A DNA stretch of 14,035 bases, taken from Candidatus Altarchaeum sp. (GTDB taxonomy: Archaea > Altiarchaeota > Altiarchaeia > Altiarchaeales > Altiarchaeaceae). Shown in pieces: positions 8,638 to 14,035 of this stretch. A program made the translations under genes and the position numbers. The stretch lies in NCBI GenBank assembly GCA_018260615.1, contig JAGWDQ010000088.1, forward strand, positions 4,262 through 18,296, read 5' to 3'. Every line of letters begins with the position of its first letter. Positions within the stretch are counted from its first letter, which is position 1. The notes beneath the pieces are model-generated. The model had not been told where the DNA came from. It did not search any database and saw nothing but the letters and a program-made list of their open reading frames with translations.

Positions 8638-8813
8638 GCCACAATTAGTAAAAAGCGCCGGCGGAAAAATATATGGTGCAGAAACGGCTGGACATCGGCC
8701 CTTTTTGAGCCACGATTAGTAAAAAGCGCTGGCGGAAAAATATATGGTGCAGAAACGGCTGGACATCGGCCCTTTTTGAGCCACAATTAGTAAAAAGCGC
8801 CGGCGGAAAAATA
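8601..8813 (+). repeat. 71-bp tandem repeat x3 spanning the Nre stop codon
   Basis: Units start at 8601, 8672 and 8743. Copies 1 and 3 are identical; copy 2 differs at 8714 and 8730. Each unit encodes MVQKRLDIGPF*. Confidence 0.95.
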
Positions 8814-8852
8814 TGTTGAAAAATATATGTTACAGAAACGATTGGAAATTTA

Positions 8853-8885
8853 GTTATCTCTATAGTAAGTTACTTGAAAGATAGC
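8853..8885. other. 33-bp tripartite palindrome, copy 1
   Basis: gttatct-ctat-agtaa-g-ttact-tgaa-agatagc. Confidence 0.75.
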
Positions 8886-8960
8886 GGTTTTGGTTTGAAT
8901 TAAGAATAAGAATTTTAACTTATAGGAGTTAAATTTCTAAATTTTTAACTTATCTATGGG

Positions 8961-10319
8961 TTATTTGAAATCCTCCAAATCAAATGCCCTAAATCCTTCC
9001 TTCCTTAATTTTTCTTTATTTTCTATCCTTTTTGCAATAATTCCAAAATATTCTTTCCTGTTATCATTATTCCATTCAACAAATTTTGCCTTTTCTTTCA
9101 GTTTTTCTAAAATTTTTACAGATGTTTCTTCATCCATGTCCTTCCATTTGCACTCCACAAATAAAATTTCTTTTATTTCTTCATTTAAAGCAACAATGTC
9201 TATTTCTTTGTCTTTATCCCACCACCTGCCGATTTTTTGAAATTTAAATGGCTTTTTCTCCATTAGAAATTCTTTTGCAATTTTTTCAAACACAAATCCA
9301 ACATAAGAATTAAAATTTCTCTTAACATCATCAACCGCAAATTCAGGATTCTGCTCTATCTCCTGCATGTTAGAATATATAAACCTGAACCAGAAGTTGA
9401 AAAAATTATCTTTTATGCGATATATACTTTTCCTTGTTTTCCAGCTCTCTGTTACAGAGACATCTCTTTCTGCCAAATCAAGATCCCTTAATATGGAAAT
9501 ATATTTTCCTACCAGTCCTCTTTCCAGTCCAGTTAAATTTACTATCTCATTTATTGTTGTCTTTCCAACAGATATTGCGTGCAATATTGACATGAAATAT
9601 CTCGGTTCCGAAACTTCTTCTCTCAGGACAAATTCTGGTTCCCTATGCAAGAAGCTCCTTTTCTGTATTATGTTTAGAATTGTTCTGTCAAGATCAGATG
9701 AAAATTCAAGTAAATATGCAGGAGTCCCACCAAGAACGCCATAAATTTTTACTATTTCCTCCACATCCGTATTCGGGAAAAATTCACAAACATCTTTAAA
9801 TTTTAAACTTCCTACCAGCAGATCATAAGTTCTCCTGCCATATATCGGCGTTTTATAGTCAAATACATATTTCTCCATCATAGACAAGGATGAACCGCAG
9901 AATATCATAAATATCTTTGTATGTTTGAGTTTTTCATCCCAATACTCCTGAATTACAGATAAATTTTTTTCCGAGTGAATTAAATTCGGAAATTCATCAA
10001 TAACAAATACAAATCTTTCATTTTTTTGATACAGGTATTCAAAAACAGCATCCCATGTGGTTAAAGAGGACTTTTTAATGACAGCATCAGAAAAGAAATC
10101 TGAAAATGTAGCGGAAATACTGTCAAGCTGGTCTTTTTCTGATTCAAGCCGTGCAAAATAATAAATTGATGGCTTATTTTTTATGAATTGCTTTATCAAT
10201 TCTGTTTTGCCTATTCTTCTTCTGCCGTATATCACAACAAACTCTGCTTTATCTCCCTGCCATAATTTACCCAAACTATTAAGTTCCTCTTTTCTGTTAA
10301 TAAATTTTGTTATCTGCAC
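8961..10319 (-). CDS. Archaeal ATPase (ATPase_2-type P-loop, wHTH, DUF234/PD-(D/E)XK-like C-terminus)
   Basis: GTG start; FINRKEEL; Walker A GRRRIGKT; Walker B FVFVIDEFP; GVLGGTPAYL; DNFFNFWFRFI; EIDIVA...LFVECKW. Confidence 0.9.
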   Translation of the reverse strand: MQITKFINRKEELNSLGKLWQGDKAEFVVIYGRRRIGKTELIKQFIKNKPSIYYFARLESEKDQLDSISATFSDFFSDAVIKKSSLTTWDAVFEYLYQKNERFVFVIDEFPNLIHSEKNLSVIQEYWDEKLKHTKIFMIFCGSSLSMMEKYVFDYKTPIYGRRTYDLLVGSLKFKDVCEFFPNTDVEEIVKIYGVLGGTPAYLLEFSSDLDRTILNIIQKRSFLHREPEFVLREEVSEPRYFMSILHAISVGKTTINEIVNLTGLERGLVGKYISILRDLDLAERDVSVTESWKTRKSIYRIKDNFFNFWFRFIYSNMQEIEQNPEFAVDDVKRNFNSYVGFVFEKIAKEFLMEKKPFKFQKIGRWWDKDKEIDIVALNEEIKEILFVECKWKDMDEETSVKILEKLKEKAKFVEWNNDNRKEYFGIIAKRIENKEKLRKEGFRAFDLEDFK

Positions 10320-10341
10320 AGTAAATTACTTAAAAGATAAC
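10309..10341. other. 33-bp tripartite palindrome, copy 2, overlapping the ATPase start codon
   Basis: gttatct-gcac-agtaa-a-ttact-taaa-agataac. Confidence 0.75.
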
Positions 10342-10404
10342 TATTTTTATTTGATAATTAGGAATAAGAAATATACTTTTTCTATTTTTCTGTTAATAAA
10401 TTTT

Positions 10405-10437
10405 GTTATCTGTGGAATAACTTACTCAAAAGATAAC
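10405..10437. other. 33-bp tripartite palindrome, copy 3, overlapping the apgM stop codon
   Basis: gttatct-gtgg-aataa-c-ttact-caaa-agataac; part of an imperfect direct repeat with 96-bp period (10290..10347 vs 10386..10443). Confidence 0.75.
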
Positions 10438-11666
10438 TATTTTAATAAAATTTCCATAAAATTTTCAACACCTTTTCCGTATTTTCCATTCCTGCATGCA
10501 AATTCATCATATTTCTCAACCTCATCCTTTTCATCTTTATTTTTTGTTGAATATATCGCAAACGGAACCAAATCAGAAGTATGTGTCTTTATTTTTATCG
10601 GAGTTGCATGGTCGGGCAATATTGCAATCTTTGCTTCAATTCCTCTTTTCTCTATTTCCCTTAAAATTTTCCCAATCATTTTATCCAAATTTTCAATAGA
10701 CAAAATTTTTAAATTTAAATCCCCGAGATGTCCCGCTTCATCCGTTGCTTCAACATGAACATATACAAAATCATGGTCATCCAATGCCTCAATACATGCC
10801 ATTGCCTTCCCGTCATAGTTAGTGTCCCACAATCCCGTTGCACCCTCAACCTCAATCACATCCATTCCCGCAAGTTTTCCAATTCCTTTTATTAAATCTA
10901 CTGCTGAAATAACCGCTCCCTTTAAATTATACTTCGCCATGAATTCCTCTATATTTGGCTTTTTCCCCTGTCCCCAGAACCATATCATATTTGCCTTGTT
11001 CTTTCCTTCTCTTTTCCGTTTCCTGTTTATTTCACTTTTTTCAAGAATTTCCTTTGATTTTAGCATCAGATGATTTAAAATTTCTGCAAAATTTATTTCA
11101 AATTTATTATTATCTTTGGCAACTATTAAATTTTTCTCTATTTCTTCCCCGACAATGTTATGCGGAGGAATACAAATCAAATTTTCCGCGTATGCATCCT
11201 TTACTTTGCATACAAGTATATTCCTGTATGAGACACCTGCATAAAATTTCCCGTTAATCGCTTTCAGTTCCTCTGAAAATTTTTCATTAAGCAGATTTAT
11301 CAAAATTTTTCCTTCACCGCTTGTTATATGTCCTGCGCTGTAGTCCTTTAAAATACCGCATTCTTCCGTGAAAAAATTACATCTGAATGCAACTTGAGCA
11401 TCATCTAAATTTATTCCGATATTTGCCGCCTCAATCGGTGCCCTTCCGGTATGGCATTTTCGGACATCATAGCCCAAAACAGATAAATTTGCCACATCGG
11501 AACCCGGCTCAAAGCCCTCCTGAATTGTCTTTAACATTCCGCTGACTCCGTTTTTTGCAATAAAATCCATATTCGGTTTATTTGCGACCTGAAGCGGTGT
11601 TCTGTTATTTAACTCCTCAACAGGGTAATCGGACATTCCGTCTCCTAATATTACGATGTATTTCAT
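10437..11666 (-). CDS. apgM: Cofactor-independent phosphoglycerate mutase, archaeal ApgM family
   Basis: MKYIVILGDGMSD, TPLQVANKPNMD, PGSDVANLSVLGYD, TGRAPIEAA, FRCNF, ANMIWFWGQG, VHVEATDEAGH, PDHATP, HTSDLVPF. Confidence 0.92.
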   Translation of the reverse strand: MKYIVILGDGMSDYPVEELNNRTPLQVANKPNMDFIAKNGVSGMLKTIQEGFEPGSDVANLSVLGYDVRKCHTGRAPIEAANIGINLDDAQVAFRCNFFTEECGILKDYSAGHITSGEGKILINLLNEKFSEELKAINGKFYAGVSYRNILVCKVKDAYAENLICIPPHNIVGEEIEKNLIVAKDNNKFEINFAEILNHLMLKSKEILEKSEINRKRKREGKNKANMIWFWGQGKKPNIEEFMAKYNLKGAVISAVDLIKGIGKLAGMDVIEVEGATGLWDTNYDGKAMACIEALDDHDFVYVHVEATDEAGHLGDLNLKILSIENLDKMIGKILREIEKRGIEAKIAILPDHATPIKIKTHTSDLVPFAIYSTKNKDEKDEVEKYDEFACRNGKYGKGVENFMEILLK

Positions 11667-11734
11667 TTAAATTTCATTTAAATATTTTTTATTAAATATA
11701 ATTTATATTCCGTTTCATTTAAAAATAAATAAAA

Positions 11735-12463
11735 ATGAAGTACTTTAATACTTTTGATTTAATTCGTGATGTAATAACCAACAATATTGACTTTGATAAG
11801 CACCTTAAAAGAATTAGGAAAGAAGAAGTAATAAAAAATTTAATGGAAAAAAAGGCGACAATGCTAAATAAGGACTTTATTATTACGGAGGAGATAATGG
11901 AAGAAGAAAATTTAGCAAAATTGCCGCAAAATGTGAAAGACAAGCTCAATAAAATTATAAGTGCTCTTAAAAAACCCGCGAATAAAGGCATTATGGAAAA
12001 CTGTTTGAAAATTTTATCAGACCTAAAGAAAATTTACCCTGATGTACCCGTAATTTACAATCTTCTTACAGCAGTATACCTTCTTTTAGGAGATAAAGAA
12101 AAACATTATCAGACAATTATTGAAACAACAGATAAATTTCCGGATTATTTATTTGGCAAAACCGCTCTTTGTGAGCATTATTTACAAAACAAGATGGAAG
12201 ACAAAATTCCGGATGTCCTTGATAATAAATTAGAAATTTATTTGTGTGTTCCGCGGGCATCAAATATTTATCATGTAAGTGAAGTTCGTTCTTTTTATTC
12301 GGTTATCGGAAGATATTATGCCTTTAAAAACATGACTGATCACGCTTTATTCTGTTATCTCCTGCTAAAAGAGATTGATGAGCATCATCCATTGACGGAA
12401 CTTCTTGGAAAATATATTGTACTGCAAAAATTAAAGAATATATTTAAAAGGTGGAAAAAGTAA
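11735..12463 (+). CDS. Hypothetical all-alpha, TPR-like protein
   Basis: 242-aa ORF with helix-repeat pattern YPDVPVIYNLLTAVYLLLGD...FPDYLFGKTALCEHYL. Confidence 0.65.
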   Translation: MKYFNTFDLIRDVITNNIDFDKHLKRIRKEEVIKNLMEKKATMLNKDFIITEEIMEEENLAKLPQNVKDKLNKIISALKKPANKGIMENCLKILSDLKKIYPDVPVIYNLLTAVYLLLGDKEKHYQTIIETTDKFPDYLFGKTALCEHYLQNKMEDKIPDVLDNKLEIYLCVPRASNIYHVSEVRSFYSVIGRYYAFKNMTDHALFCYLLLKEIDEHHPLTELLGKYIVLQKLKNIFKRWKK

Positions 12464-12544
12464 CAGAAAAAATAAATAAGCAAATTTGTGTTTTGGCTTT
12501 CTTTCACCTTTATAATTTCTTACAGATATTAAATTTCATCCATA

Positions 12545-12973
12545 ATGGAAAAATTTAAATTTATAGACCACATTTCAGACATGCAGTTTGTGGCTTACGG
12601 AAGGACTTTGAACGAATTATTTGAAAATTGTGCATTTGCAATGTTTGAAGGAATGATGTTGGAAATAAAGGTTGAAGAAAAATTTGAGCGCATGGGAAAT
12701 TTAACCTCGGAAAATTTAACTGATTTATTGCACGATTTTTTGAACGAATTGCTCTTTATATTTGAAACGGAACATTTGGTTTTTAAGAAATTTATTGTTG
12801 ATATAAAGAAAAACGGAAATTATAATTTAAATTTTACGGCCATCGGAGACAAAAGTGAAAATTATGTTATTGATGTCGGGATTAAAGGAATAACTTATCA
12901 TGAATTAAGTGTGGAAAAGAAGGAAATTGAAGGAAAAATTTTCTGGACGGCAAATGTGTTGTGCGATATATAA
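12545..12973 (+). CDS. Archease (RtcB tRNA ligase cofactor)
   Basis: N-terminal FIDHISD, AYGRTLNELFENCAFAMF, DLLHDFLNELLF, IKGITYHEL, C-terminal DI; 142 aa. Confidence 0.92.
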   Translation: MEKFKFIDHISDMQFVAYGRTLNELFENCAFAMFEGMMLEIKVEEKFERMGNLTSENLTDLLHDFLNELLFIFETEHLVFKKFIVDIKKNGNYNLNFTAIGDKSENYVIDVGIKGITYHELSVEKKEIEGKIFWTANVLCDI

Positions 12974-12991
12974 AATTTAAAAAATTTAGAA

Positions 12992-13720
12992 TTATTTGAA
13001 CATTTTAGCAACAACCTCCATATCTATTTTATTCTCATATATTGCCTTTCCAATTACAACCCCGTAAGGCGAAATTTTGCTTAAAATTTTTATGTCCTCA
13101 TAACTGCTTATTCCACCGGAAACAATGATGGGCTGTCGTGATGCCTTAACCACTTTTTCAACACTTTCAAAATTTATTCCTTCAAGTTTTCCCTCAACAC
13201 TAATATCCGTATATAAAAATCCGAAGCACTCGTTATAGAAATTTTCCATAAATTTTACCGGAGCATAATCAGTCAGCGTCTTCCAGCCCTTTACAGCTAT
13301 CTTCCCGTCCTTTGAGTCAATTGCCACGATGACATTTTCCTTGACATCGCTTAATTCATCAATTCCGTTTAATGCGAGAGTTCCTATATAAATTTTATCA
13401 TCGGGATTTAAAATTTTTAAAATTTCTCTTGCTTTTTCGTAACTCCTTATTCCGCCGCCAAAATAAATTTTTGCATTGACGGTTTTTCTGATTTCCTTTA
13501 AAATTTCGGTGTTGTCTTTTCCCGTTCCGAGCGTTGCATCAAGGTCAATTATGTGTAAAATTTCAAATCCCAAATCAGCATACTTTTTTGCTATATCAAC
13601 CGGATGAGTGCTGTAAAATTTTTCGCTCCCGAGTTTTCCCTGTGTTAATCGGGCAACCTTTCCTGATAATAAATCAATTGCAGGAAGTATATGTATCTTT
13701 AATTTAGACATTTTCAACAT
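12992..13720 (-). CDS. hisA: ProFAR isomerase HisA
   Basis: ILPAIDLLSGKVARLTQG, LHIIDLD, FGGGIRS, AVKGW, LYTDISVEG, IIVSGGISS, GVVIGKAIY. The start may be the ATG at 13711. Confidence 0.93.
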   Translation of the reverse strand: MLKMSKLKIHILPAIDLLSGKVARLTQGKLGSEKFYSTHPVDIAKKYADLGFEILHIIDLDATLGTGKDNTEILKEIRKTVNAKIYFGGGIRSYEKAREILKILNPDDKIYIGTLALNGIDELSDVKENVIVAIDSKDGKIAVKGWKTLTDYAPVKFMENFYNECFGFLYTDISVEGKLEGINFESVEKVVKASRQPIIVSGGISSYEDIKILSKISPYGVVIGKAIYENKIDMEVVAKMFK

Positions 13721-13814
13721 TATAAATTAGACATCTTTTATATATTTTAAATTTGAATTTTAGCAAAGAATTTATAAAAAAAACAATTAATATATTATTC
13801 CGTTATTACAAATT

Positions 13815-13852
13815 GCGGGGGTTTCCAAGCGGTCAAAGGAGCAAGGCTTAGA
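13815..13852 (+). pseudogene. tRNA-Leu(UAG) 5' half with no 3' half following
   Basis: GCGGGGG acceptor strand, TCC-AAGCGGTCAAA-GGA D-arm, CAAGG-CT-TAG-A anticodon; no CCTTG or T-arm before the next copy. Confidence 0.75.
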
Positions 13853-13882
13853 GACGAACTTTTCTCTTTTAAAAAAAAGAGA

Positions 13883-13930
13883 TACGTTCACTTCGTTCGT
13901 GTATTTTCAAAATCTCTGCGATTTTGAAAA
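13883..13930. repeat. GA-hairpin plus AT-hairpin module between the two tRNA halves
   Basis: tacgttcacttcgttcgtgta followed by ttttcaaaatc-tctgc-gattttgaaaa; the same module occurs at 5434..5478. Confidence 0.8.
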
Positions 13931-13998
13931 AAACACTCCGAAAAGAGAAAAAAGTAAACCTTAGAAGTTTAAAATTTACATTTAAAAATTTAACTATT

Positions 13999-14035
13999 GC
14001 GGGGGTTTCCAAGCGGTCAAAGGAGCAAGGCTTAG
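13999..14035 (+). tRNA. tRNA-Leu(UAG), cut by the window end
   Basis: Identical to 13815..13851 and ends at the anticodon where the window ends; completeness cannot be judged. Confidence 0.7.

Noticed and set aside
8445-8786. 113-aa minus-strand ORF
   Set aside because: Antisense to nre and built from the 71-bp repeat; no recognisable motif.
8601-8813. CRISPR array
   Set aside because: The whole 71-bp units are near-identical, so there are no unique spacers; no cas genes or leader.
8915-8932. ttaact-tatagg-agttaa as a terminator
   Set aside because: Only 6-bp AT-rich arms; expected by chance at this composition.
10183-10758. 191-aa plus-strand ORF
   Set aside because: Antisense to two well-supported genes (ATPase and apgM); F/S/I-rich shadow composition.
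762-11991. Remaining short ORFs in the track (762, 2912, 3334, 3437, 3683, 3771, 5687, 7674, 8956, 9367, 10496, 10822, 10955, 11719)
   Set aside because: All overlap longer genes with clear family motifs on the opposite strand and have no motifs of their own.
13815-13995. Complete intron-containing tRNA-Leu
   Set aside because: No 3' anticodon stem (CCTTG), T-arm or acceptor 3' strand before the second copy.

Overview
AT-rich archaeal DNA. The archaeal gene set (EndoQ, Nre, archaeal ATPase, ApgM, archease), the cysteine/sequon-rich surface protein and the hairpin-filled intergenic regions suggest an Altiarchaeota-like (DPANN) genome; this taxonomy is inference. Gene order: a 5'-truncated giant surface glycoprotein (TSP3 repeats, a duplicated 370-aa NIDO-like module, a beta-helix and a dockerin-like tail), EndoQ, a membrane hypothetical, an AbiE-like type IV toxin-antitoxin pair, Nre, an archaeal ATPase with a DUF234-type tail, apgM, a TPR-like hypothetical, archease, hisA and two copies of a tRNA-Leu(UAG) 5' half. 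The most unusual content is non-coding: (i) a 196-bp MITE with perfect 12-bp terminal inverted repeats and an 8-bp target-site duplication, plus a degenerate sister copy; (ii) seven same-strand copies of a covarying hairpin with tandem GA pairs and usually a GNA loop; (iii) a 33-bp tripartite palindrome bracketing the ATPase gene, with TA at the outer ends; (iv) repeated short duplications of gene ends, including a 71-bp triple repeat of the Nre C-terminal tail followed by a diverged but protein-conserving fourth tail. Both window ends fall inside repeats, so this may be a whole contig broken at repeats. All alignments were done by eye.
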